NCBI GenBank assembly: GCA_965644295.1
Contig: CBFFRP010000150.1
Coordinates: forward strand, 186,001 to 250,000
DNA: 64,000 nucleotides
DNA from: Paraphysomonas bandaiensis
Lineage: Eukaryota > Protista > Chrysophyceae
Reading direction: 5' to 3'
A program made the position numbers and the translations under genes. A model generated the notes under the pieces. The model searched no databases. It was not told where the DNA came from and saw only the letters and a list, made by a program, of their open reading frames with translations. This document shows positions 40,201-51,628 of the stretch, in pieces (positions within the stretch are counted from its first letter, which is position 1; each line of letters opens with the position of its first letter).

Positions 40201-43200
40201 GGTACATTAGTAGGTATTATCATGCCATTATTTATTTGTTAGAATTTCAATGCTGCTATTTAGGAATCTTAAGGATGCTTCTGATATTGTCCAAGGATTC
40301 TAGTGAATGTAAACTTCTTTTAGGACAATACTGCCCACCGGACAGCGTGTTGACGACTGCAAGTAGTGAAGTCAGTCTAATATCCCACTTGTATGTAAAC
40401 TGTCTGTTTCCACAACAATACTCACGGAACCCTCCATTGAATTCTATTGACTCGGATATTTCAACTCCAGCAGTTGCTATCTGTCAAACATCATTGAGTC
40501 GGCATTTGTCTTATGCGCTTATTCTGGAACTTTGCACTACTGAGAAAGCTAATCTGTACAGTTTGGTGAATATATTGTTTAAAGCCGAGTTTGCTGATTC
40601 GGACGACAGCAAAAGTTCCTCTACTATGGGGGTGATAAGTCAAAAGAAACGTAGTTACCTTTGGGAGTATGACCCTAACGTTCTCGTGAAGGCCAAAGAT
40701 GCTTATCTTGGCCTCTATAACCAAGGCGCGACGTGTTATATGAATTCATTTCTCCAGCAGCTTTTCCATATTAAAAGTTTTTCCGATGGATTGTTAGCTA
40801 TTGATTCCAATGAACACCTAGAATCTGAGAACGAAGCTCTTTTCTTTGAATTGCAAGTTTTATTTGGATTCTTGCGACTAAGTCAGAAGAGTTATTGTGA
40901 CACATTGTCGTTTTGTAGACTATTCAGAGATTATGATGGTGAGCCCGTTAAATTAGGTGAACAGAAGGATGTGAATGAGTTTGCGGCTATGTTGTTTGAT
41001 AAATTGGAGGGTAACAAGGATTGTGCCAGGCTGCTGTCGAAACATTTTGGGGGTACTCTAGTGTGGCAGACGATTTCTACTGAGTCAGAGTATCGCAGTG
41101 AACGAGAAGAGCCCTTTTATATGATAACAGCTGAAGTCAAGGACAAGACAGCCCTGGAAGACTCCCTCGAGCTCTACGTGACCGGAGAAATGTTAACTGG
41201 TGATAATAAAGTAAATGACGATAACAATGGTAAAAAAGTGGAAGCTCTGAGGCGATGTGCTATTCGTTCTCTTCCCGATGTACTTATAATTCATCTCAAG
41301 CGATTTGATTTTGACTTAGAAACAATGAATAGGCGCAAGCTCAATGACTACTTCACTTTTCCAGAGAACTTGAACATGCTCCCATATACAGAAGAGGGAA
41401 TACAAGAAATGGAGTCCAGACGTCGGGCTAGGTCGCAGGTACACGAAGACTCATCAGGATGGGATACCAACCTCGATTTACCCTCTGATGAGACTCTGAC
41501 TACGTCCCCAAAAAACGACTCAAATAGAACTAATATGAGAGATAGAGAATACTACATGTATAGACTGAAGGGCGTAGTGGCGCACACAGGCGCTATAGAT
41601 AGTGGGCATTACTACTCCTTTATTCGTGACCAAGAGACGGGAAAGTGGATGGAATTTAACGATCGTTCAGTACTTCCTTTCGACGCGGAGTCAATACCTG
41701 GGGAGTGCTATGGTGGTCCTATCAAAACCAAACCGACAGAGTCAGGGAATGATATTTCATCCAATCAACCTCCACAAATGAAGCAATACAACGCTTATAT
41801 TCTTTTCTACGAACGCTGCAATGAATCAGATACCAGTATTAGACAGTCAAGCAATTGTAGTAAGGCCGGAAAGTGTTCGTCAGAGCAGTCTGCAAGTACT
41901 ATTCAACCTGAAGATATATTTTCATTTGAAGTAGATGATGAAAGCAATGATAACAATTCGGTAACAATAGAAAACGAGACTGCTACTAGTATGGAAAGCG
42001 AGGTGCCTGTCGTGCGTCAACCATTATTCCACAGAACTCGTTCAGAGTCTATGATTGAAGACTGTCTGACTGACTCAACTTCATTGGAGACTGCTGTGAA
42101 TTCTGGCGCCGCAATGTCGAAAAGAGTTTTAGCTGCAGTGTGGAGAGAAAACACCGAATTCATTTTAGACCGCACGAAATTTAGTGCTGATTACTTTTTG
42201 TTTTTTTGGAAGTTGTTAGAAATGTCTATTGTTTCAGAAATACTGGACGAAATATCACTAGTTGAAGACCTTGTATGTGGCGCCCAAACTTCAAATGAAA
42301 ATCACACTGACAATGCTATATCTTACTTAGACGAGGCTAAATGCTCACAGTCGTTTTGCAAACGCATATTGTGTAAGCTTGTTTTGGCCAGTACGCATTT
42401 TTGCGTGGAGGTTTTGGCTCGAGCACGTGCTCATCAGTGTATACCCCTCTTTGTGGAACGGTTGGAGGATATCGTCATGCGAGATACGAGCGGTGCTTGT
42501 GCGGAAGCTGTTTTAAGTGAGTTGTCGAAGGACCCCACTGGAATACTTGATAATTCCTCTGACTGTCAGTCTCTGTCCCTGGAACACACTCCTTCAACAG
42601 CACTTCGATCCAAGGAATTACTTCGTCTTGAGCGTGCGGTACACCCGATGCTTTTATCTGTGTTTTTAGAGTGCCCACATACCTTTTCCGTATCTATAAT
42701 GTCGAGACTGTTGACATGGTGTGCCAAAATCGCTCGCCCGCATCATATGACTAAGTATATGGAATTAAATAGTGGTAGTGCGGAAGATCATGAGCATAGC
42801 GCAGATGAAGAAGTATATAGTAGTGAACATCCTCAGTCTTCAGTAGAGCTACATCGCCGGAATGAAGAGCGGATGGAGTCGTGTAGCCAGTACACATCTT
42901 GTGTTACAAGATTTGTTGGTAAACTGTTAATTCTTGTGGAGCATTTTAGACCTGATGATCTTCTTATAAGCAAAGGTAAGTGTTTCGAGTCCTCGGCTCT
43001 TATAACGCCTGTTTATTATGCAGGATACGAAGTTCTGACAGATCTATTGATGCGGTTTTCTTGTTTTGGAGAGGACGAAAAGAATATGCTGCTTCAGTAC
43101 GGGGCAGTATATAGGTTTGTTGAAGACTGTGTCTTGCTACAACGAACTTATGATTTTATTTAGGGTAATATGCTCTGTCATCGTGCTTTACCCGTTTCAT

Positions 43201-44258
43201 AAGCAGTACCCAACTAGAAATATTTTACGAAACTCAGTTGGTACAGTTTGTTGCTGTATATAATATGCTATGTTATATATTTTCTTCAGATTTAGTATCT
43301 GTGCTGGTGAAAGCTGTGAAGAGATCTCATGTTGCCTATGATCCCTTTCAATATGAATCTCCAATATCCTCTGTAAAATCTCTGTCTTCGAAAGATATAC
43401 AGGCTTTTACTACGAGGTGAATGTAGACGCCACATATGAAGAGCACTTCTGAATTGTCTGCAGGTCATTCTTGGAGAACGCTGTGCTCGTTAGTAGTGCT
43501 TCCGTTTCTGGGGCACTAATTCATGTGTGTATTATTTGTCGTATAGTGTTAGCACTAATGCGAATTGTCTCAGATATGCAGTATGTCTGAGAGCCGTGAA
43601 GTTATCAAGGTCTGCTTTAAAAAGTAGTCCAGTATATTGTTTACGTAGTGGTGTATGTTGCAGATACTCGGCTGCCTGAATGACAAGATTCTTGAGTGTA
43701 CACTGAACTCTCCTCCCAGAACTGACACCTCGCTTAGGTGAGATATTATTACAGTTAGTATATATGTACTCAACTTCACAGCAGAGTTTATTTTTCTGTG
43801 TTCGAGGAGCAGCTACTTCATATTGCCCGGGGGACTGTCCGTGTCGCCGTCGGATCAGGTGACTCCGATGTTCGTCAACTACTAGATAATGAGCGAGTGG
43901 AAATGATTTTGAATGATATTGTGCCCACAATTGTTGCTCGGGTGTGTTTATGCGTTGCTGTCGAGTTTGTATAACCATTTTGATAGACTTCTCAAATATG
44001 TCAACGTGGCCACAATGGAGATGCTGAGTATGTTTATAGTGTGTGCAGTTTCTTATATAAACTGGGGATGACGAGTGAAGTTGGTTACAACATTGTCATG
44101 TCGTTGAGGTGAAAACTGTATAATTTTCAAGGATTCTATTATCTGATGTATATCTCAGGAACCATTGGAAGGTGTTTTCGAGCGATTTAAGCGGGCGGAG
44201 TAGCAGAAGCGATGCGCAGAATTATAGGAAAGCTTCTAGGAACGACGGATGGGGTTAG
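34240..44258 (+). CDS. Large ubiquitin-specific protease (USP9X/24/34-like, peptidase C19) with two N-terminal Tudor-like domains and an internal ubiquitin-like domain, multi-exon
   Basis: Cys box GLYNQGATCYMNSFLQQL, EQKDVNEF, IHLKRFDFD, His box GVVAHTGAIDSGHYYSFI..WMEFND, NAYILFYER. Also LQKRYLGL and IFGESLH, seen in the USP34/24 N-terminal region. Terminal exons are approximate. Confidence 0.92.
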
Positions 44259-44880
44259 CTGCTTGATATTGTATGAATGTAAGAGTGTTTGTACTTCAGA
44301 GTAGACTGTTAGTCATGTACAATTATTGTATTGAGATATTAATTTATTGTCCATGATTTTCAATTCTAAATCGTGGTGTTTGAGTAGTATTACATATTTG
44401 GGAAGTTAATCACACTATGGTGTGAAATAGTTGAACATTAACTTGTTAACAGATATCAATATTGAACCCAATATTGAATTGTGAAGCAATGTTATACGAT
44501 AAATGCTGATATTAAAATCTTTTGCGAGGTAGTTTAGCTTCAGTTCTAAGTGATCTAATAATGTTATCATCATGTTGCTGTCTAAATACATATATTACTG
44601 CTTTTTATACTTTATACTATATACTTTTGTTTCATGGAAATTAGAAGAGAAAAGTTATATGGACTTATTATGATATATATACTACATATGCTATGGTAGA
44701 GTGTCACCACTAAATATGCAGTTTCGAGGAGATTCATCAGTTTCTACAAGATTTGTCAACATCTGACTTCAAGTTACTTTTCATGCGCAGTACCCAACTA
44801 GAAAAACAGTCGTTGGTACAGTAGTAAATATCTTATTACTAGCAATAGACTTTTAAGAGTCAGAGCTACCTATTGCTTAT

Positions 44881-45781
44881 CTCTGATATCCTACTGTTTA
44901 GCGCTATGAACGCTGCTTGTGTATCAACGCAAGCACCAAGGTGCAATCGCTCAAAAGCACACAGAAGCAGTAATAGCTTTAATATGGCTAGTTGTTTTTG
45001 TGTTAGTTTAGTGTTTTTTTGGCTTTGATAGTTAAACTAGTAGTTCTGAAGGCAACTCCTTGACATTATCTTCAACGCCATCATCATCTGGTTCATCAAT
45101 CTGCCTCGAACTCTAATGGCTAAATTATACTTGGTATTGGGGGCTAAATTAACAAGATGATCTACTTCACTACATCAAGCTACCACATAGTATGTCTACT
45201 CAGAACGATGATAGACAGACTTCTCTGTTCAACGATATTACGGCAGGTGAATATATACTCTCCCCTTTTACTTCACTATAACTTACACGCTTATAGTCGA
45301 GGTAATGCCAAAACGTGGTAAGTATTGAGTAATTATTTTACTGTAATTTGAATCTGAGAGGTTAAATATAAAGAAACAATTATAGTTGTTATTTTACGAG
45401 TAGCTTTTTATGCTTATGACTGAAACGCTTGAACTGTATAATATATATGTGTAGTCGGTGACTTTTATAGCTGTAAAACTGAAGTAATGTGGAAGAAATT
45501 AGTAAAAAATGTTATAAACAATACTTTTCACACTTTTAATATCTTTATAGGTACTTATTGTTCATAGTTATACCATTTGCCGACCATCATCAAAAATTTC
45601 ACCAGGTTTTATTCATTTCACCAGCTTTTGGCATTACCTCGACTTTTACACTATCAATTTGCTTTCGATAGTTGGCTCTTTCAATAGTACTTAGCAGTTT
45701 CGTTTTTTCATTCGCATCTATAGTGTTTTGATGAGTGTGCAAATAGTAGAAGTGTTGAATAGGTTTCATGCTATATACCAC
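44881..45781. pseudogene. Degenerate exon-like fragments related to 62913-63298
   Basis: 44881-44946 matches revcomp 62913-62978; revcomp 45646-45679 matches 63265-63298; 19-bp perfect inverted repeat at 45295-45313/45626-45644. Confidence 0.5.
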
Positions 45782-46083
45782 CTCTTATTCCTTTTTTGAT
45801 CTGGCGATTATATTGAAGTGATTATACTCGATTTCATCCAAGAGAAATAGAGCAATTATACAATCTGTTTTCTTATAATTTATCCAGTCAATAAGTTGTT
45901 ATATGAGATATAAAGTTCGCAGCCATGAACTGAATCATGATAAATTGTCGTTACATCATGTCACTTTTCGTGTTAACAGTAACACTCTTTGCATATATGT
46001 ATATACGAATTGTTCACTCTGCAGAGAAAAACTAATATAGCTACGAACTACACTTTTACAATGGCATGGGAACACATAAAAAT

Positions 46084-47655
46084 TTAATAGCTAACGGTCT
46101 CTTTTTCTTCTGTCGTTTGTTTTGTTGGCACGGGTATATGTTTCGGAGGATCTTGACAACTTAGTACAGGGTCGTTGATGGGGGGCTCCACATGCAAGGG
46201 TGTTGTTGAAGACATCGTAGACTGTGAGTGATTTGTTGCTGGGGCGGTATCACTCGTAGACAAAGCAGCCAAAGCTGCTTCCAGCTCTTCTAGATCCTCA
46301 TCGGTTGCATCTTCTTGGCTCTGTCCAAGGGTTTCACCTATATCCTGGGAGATTTGCATCTGCAGGCAATATCAGTAAGAAAAAACTCACACACAGAAGT
46401 ATTCTAGTTACCTCCTCTTCAAAGGCTGAGATCACATCCTGTATAGACTCCATGTCCACTACAGAAACACTTCCATCACTTTGAGTCACCCGCCGAGACT
46501 CGCGCAGAGCAATTGTCGCACTCTTATAGCAGGCTGAAATCATTCAACATCAACACCGCCAAAAATTTAATAATACTGGTACATACCCAACACTGCCATA
46601 TTAGTTTCTGCGGCTGAAATATCCTGAGAGAAGGTAAGACGTGGAGTTAAATACAGAGACACTAACCGAATACACGCCCTCTAATTTCAATAGTGTAGAG
46701 GCGGTGGACTGGCGTTGCTTCTCGGTTTCTACGAGAAGCTTAAACTTCATCTGTGTCATACGCTTGTCGCCTTTTGTCTGAGAATAAAATATTGTAATGT
46801 AAGGTCATTGTATCTAACAAAAGCACGTACTTTATATGAAGCTGCTTCAGACTTGTACCGAGCCATTTGAGTCTCTAACTTCTCTATTCGAGCTTTTAGC
46901 ATTCGCAAAGTCTGTCGTAAGTGCACAATAGCTCTTTCACTCTCTGTAATTCCAGCACTAGTGGGAGTTGAATAGAAGTATCGTACGAAATAATTAAATG
47001 CAGTCATTGGCTGTGCGGGCCCTGGTCCAACGAACTTAACCAGCTCTCCATCATCTGACACAACCGCAGTTCCCCTCCTCTGCATATACCTTATCAGAGT
47101 TCGCCACTCTACTTGTCTAGTCAACGCATTCAAAAGTTTACTGATAGCACTATCATGACATTGTCTTGCTGCTTCCAATAGAAAATCACGAAGAGTACAT
47201 TCACCATCTTGAACAATTACAAATTCATGAACACGTTCATTATTTGGAGTATTATGTAAATAATTATTAATACATAATTCTAACATATTTAATAATGGTA
47301 TATATAATATACATTTTTGTTTCTTTGATTGTATAAACAAATAAGAATATATACGCTCTGTACCATAATAAGAATCACTAGAAGAAGATTCTAATGTTTG
47401 ATTATCTAGAAGATCAATAGAAAATTCCGTATGATTGATACATATATCGAATGATGCTGGTACTAATCCATTAATAGTATATTCTTTAATAAACTGATCG
47501 ATATCTATGAGAATGTGGTCGGTTAGTAGACAGTATCTGAGTAAAGAACGTCTCCAAAATTGATATGTATTCTCATCTATTTGTTCAGAATATAAATGAG
47601 TAAGAAGAGCATTATTATTTTGTTCAGGGAAATCTAATATATTATGAGGAATCAT
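46084..47655 (-). CDS. CHMP7: CHMP7-like ESCRT-II/III hybrid protein (winged-helix N-terminus plus Snf7 domain), 5 exons
   Basis: YQFWRRSL..FIKEYTINGLVPASF, LVKF..ITESERAIVHLRQT..RIEKLE, ISAAETNMAVLACYKSATIALR, DEDLEELEAALAAL. Includes a 43-nt intron at 46624-46666. Confidence 0.85.
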
Positions 47656-47734
47656 GCTGTTATATATGAGAGAGATATGATGAGCTAGCTGTGTATATAT
47701 ATATATATGAGACCATCTTAACAACACACACTCT

Positions 47735-48174
47735 CATACATACATACATACATACATACATACATACATACATACATACATACATACATACATACATACA
47801 TACATACATACATACATACATACATACATACATACATACATACATACATACATACATACATACATACATACATACATACATACATACATACATACATACA
47901 TACATACATACATACATACATACATACATACATACATACATACATACATACATACATACATACATACATACATACATACATACATACATACATACATACA
48001 TACATACATACATACATACATACATACATACATACATACATACATACATACATACATACATACATACATACATACATACATACATACATACATGCATATA
48101 TACATACATACATACATACATACATACATACATACATACATACATACATACATACATACATGCATACATACATA
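47735..48174 (+). repeat. (CATA)n microsatellite, ~110 units with three variant units near the right end
   Basis: Seen directly, 440 bp. Confidence 0.98.
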
Positions 48175-48428
48175 TCCTGTGGAGTGTATTAATATTCTAG
48201 AAATCAACTTCACGTTTTCAGCCAATCATATCTGTATTGATACTGACATGTAAGGAGATACGTACACATACACAATACACATATATATAGACATCTACCT
48301 GCACGTCCATATATACATACATATATATAGCTGGGAGTGTATATAGTTCTTCATAGTAGAATTCTAGAACCTCTTCATACATTCATTACACCACATATCA
48401 CAAGCCACATTTCTCATTAATAATACTC

Positions 48429-49082
48429 ATGGCGGAACCACTCTTTGGTGTTGTTGTTCCAGGTCGTCTTCCTATATTTAATTTCGTGTAAGTATATGTA
48501 TATATACACTACAGCACCTCTCTGATTATATAACGTATATATAGACCAATTGATGACTCTAAATGCGTTACGGAGGTCACTGATCCATGTTCCATACCTG
48601 AATTAACCTTCTTTATGCTACCATCAACCCCAATTGCTCCAGGATTTGCTGGAATATTATACTACTCGAAGCCCCCATATGATAGTTGGGAGTTACTGGG
48701 CTGTGTAAGTCCTGAAAAACCGAGTGGAGTATTTCGTACTGGTTGGGCAACTAAAGAAGATATGGCAGGATGTCCAGTTGTTCAACTAGGAGTAGCTATA
48801 GAATCGTAAGTCCATTTGTCGACTTCGTATTATCCTTTAACATGTTATTGCAGGTTGGACACTGTCATGAACCTAGACATCGCGATGAGTGGAGTCGATG
48901 ATCGGCATGCCTTTGCGCATAAAATTGCGCTGGATCTATTCCAGTATATGGCATCGTTCTCACAAGACTCATCTAATAATAGCGTGATGGTCGTTCCAAC
49001 TGGAGTCTTCGATAAGTGGATGGAAAGATTTGATAGAAAGTATCGTATTGACCCGAATTTTATGATGAAACAGAGTGTGTAA
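48429..49082 (+). CDS. HIKESHI: Hikeshi/OPI10 (DUF775) Hsp70 nuclear import carrier, 3 exons
   Basis: LFGVVVPGR..WELLGCVSPEKPSGVFR..LGVAIE..FAHKIALDLFQYMASF..VP..FDKWMERFDRKYRIDPNF. Confidence 0.92.
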
Positions 49083-49712
49083 ATAGTAAGTTTAATTTCT
49101 AAGTAAGGAGTTGCGGTCAACACTGCATTGCATTGAGTTTGTATTTGCTCTGATTAGAGCCATTGATCTACAGTTTTACCTGGCTCATACTGTCGACTGC
49201 TGTGTGGCCATAATGTAGGCTCACCAGTACAGCACATATAACGCTAAGATTTTATGCCGATCGATTCGATGCAGTTGTTTATATAGTACATGTGCAAACT
49301 CTACGAGTGTCACTTCGTGCGAAATAAACTCCATTGGTACTAAAGATCGAGTAGAGTCTGCAATTTGTAGTCTGCTATTTAACTAAAAATTAGTAATTAA
49401 GGGAGCACAACACTATCTATTATATGAGTGGTGTTATCTACTTTAAGTTAGTAGGTATTAATGGCTATTATAATTGCCGGGAACTGGACTACCATTAATG
49501 GGCCATTAATGGTTACCAGGCACTGGAGTAGACTATATAAAGAAGGTAATGTTAGCTCTCCACTGACAAATGATCACATTGAGTTTTAGCTGCCCTGCCA
49601 CCGCTATATATGTATGACTAGACTACACAAGTATTGTGTAGAATTTGATACGTCAGCAATTAAAAGCTGTGTGTTTGAATTATAGCAGATACGTATAGAA
49701 TACGGTGTTTAC

Positions 49713-50955
49713 CAGGGCTGCGTATCAATTAATTGTCAATTAATTGACGCAGGTTGTAGTCAATTATAATTGCAATTATTACTTGCTGTCTCAATTTCAA
49801 CTATTGCAATTAACTGCAATTAATTGCAATTAATTGCAATTATTTAGTACTAAAATACACTAGCTGCGAATATATCTACCTCAACTGACATTTCATTCCA
49901 GAGGCAACGATTCATGCGTAAAATCATAATTAGCACTAAATGTTGAGGAGTCAAGCTCTTGAGCAAGCCCGTCATAACAATCGTAGCTCTACTGAGCAAC
50001 CTCTCAACCTTATTGGTTGTGCTATGCAAGTGTTTCATCCGTAACGCGTTTGCTTGTTAAGTCTTGCTCGCTTCCGCTGCCTGCTACCATCAAACAAACG
50101 TTGCGCTGCGTCGTCATTCGGAGCTAGACTCGCACCGTCATAATATTCTTCTTCCTCATATCGAACAAATATATTTTAGTTTGATCCTTTGCCGTCCGAG
50201 TTACGGCTTCGTTGCCACATTGAATCTTCACGACTGCCTTTTCGAAAGCAGCGTTAAAAATAATAGCAACACTGTCGCCCAGATGACGCTCAACAATCGG
50301 GTGCATTATGAAGGGTTCGTCAATCAATGTGCAAACGTCGTGGAAGTGAAGCTGGTGTAACCTTACTTCTGTAATTGTACAACACTTATTTTTATAATAC
50401 AGGGCATAATATACATGTATAATATACTCTGTATATAGGTGGATAGTCCTACAATTAGACTTTTAACACATCGGAACCAAACTCGAAAGATCGCATATGA
50501 TTAGATAGAAGCAAGTAGCGGTCAATCACGGAAAATGTGGAGCCCCTTTTCCTGCAGGACAAATCTCTATTGCAGCCTCTTCGTTGTTATCATCATTCAT
50601 TTACTTTCTCAAATAACACTCGTGCAATGACTTCTGGTGCCAATTTGTCGCTCCTATCGCTAATTAATTAAATGAATTACTATGTGAGATAATCCTATGG
50701 ATATTATAGTCTTTCACCAATCTTCGATTTTTATCCTAAGAATTGGATTTTTAAACTAAAAATGCCGTTTTTTAACAACTTTTCAGCATAAAAAGGTGGG
50801 TTTTTTAATATCAATTAATTGCAATTAATTGAAGCTAGCTGGAGTCAATTATAATTGCAATTATGAATCGATGTCCCAATTTCAACAATTGCAATTTCAA
50901 TAATTGACAATTAATTGCAATTAATTGAAAATCAATTAATTGATACGCAGCCCTG
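49713..50955 (-). mobile_element. Non-autonomous hAT DNA transposon (internal-deletion derivative), 1243 bp
   Basis: Perfect 23-bp TIRs CAGGGCTGCGTATCAATTAATTG; 8-bp TSD GTGTTTAC at 49705-49712 and 50956-50963; subterminal CAATTAATTG arrays; transposase C-terminal remnants inside. Confidence 0.95.
49850..50327 (-). pseudogene. hAT transposase C-terminal (dimerisation domain) remnant
   Basis: STTNKVERLLSRATIVMTGLLKSLTPQHLVLIMILRMNRCLW fits the hAT dimerisation consensus (S..ERxFS..L.P..L..N). The upstream fragment HLGDSVAIIFNAAFEKAVVKIQ is in a different frame. Confidence 0.85.
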
Positions 50956-51628
50956 GTGTTTACAGACAGCAGACAGTATCATAGTATGGATTTAATAGTT
51001 TGCTCTGGTGTAGCTTATATTGTCTGTATAAGACTGTGTCTACCTAAGATCTGATAATATTGATTGGTAGTAATGGACTGACAACAAATGATAAAATATG
51101 ATGAATACAATTTTACTCATAGATTATTTAATGATAGAATGAGTTGATCAGTTCTGTAGTTATCTTATCACAGTAGCTGTGTTGATACTTTTAAATTCTG
51201 ATATGCTTGGTACCACAGACAAGAGAACCATTGAATGCATTACGCAACATATGACAATCAACATAAATCACTTCACTGGGTACTCTCTGGAATGGGGCTT
51301 GGATTTATCCTAAGACCATATAAATAAATAATCTATACGTATTGACAAAAGATGGAGTAGAGTAAATAATATTTATTTCACTAAATAGCTACTTTAAGCC
51401 TGCACTTCTTTGCCAATCGTCCATTTACTTTTGATAAACAATAAGCAAAACGAATGATCCCAGAAAGAGGGTCTGTGGGAAGCGGCTTGCTTTCGCGAAA
51501 AGCTATATTATTAATGATAAAATTATGTGTATAGTTAACCAAATATAAAAGGGCCCATCTTAGGTACAGACGAAACAAAATAACTACAATGTATTACACT
51601 CTTTAACATTTACAATTGAAAGACGTTC

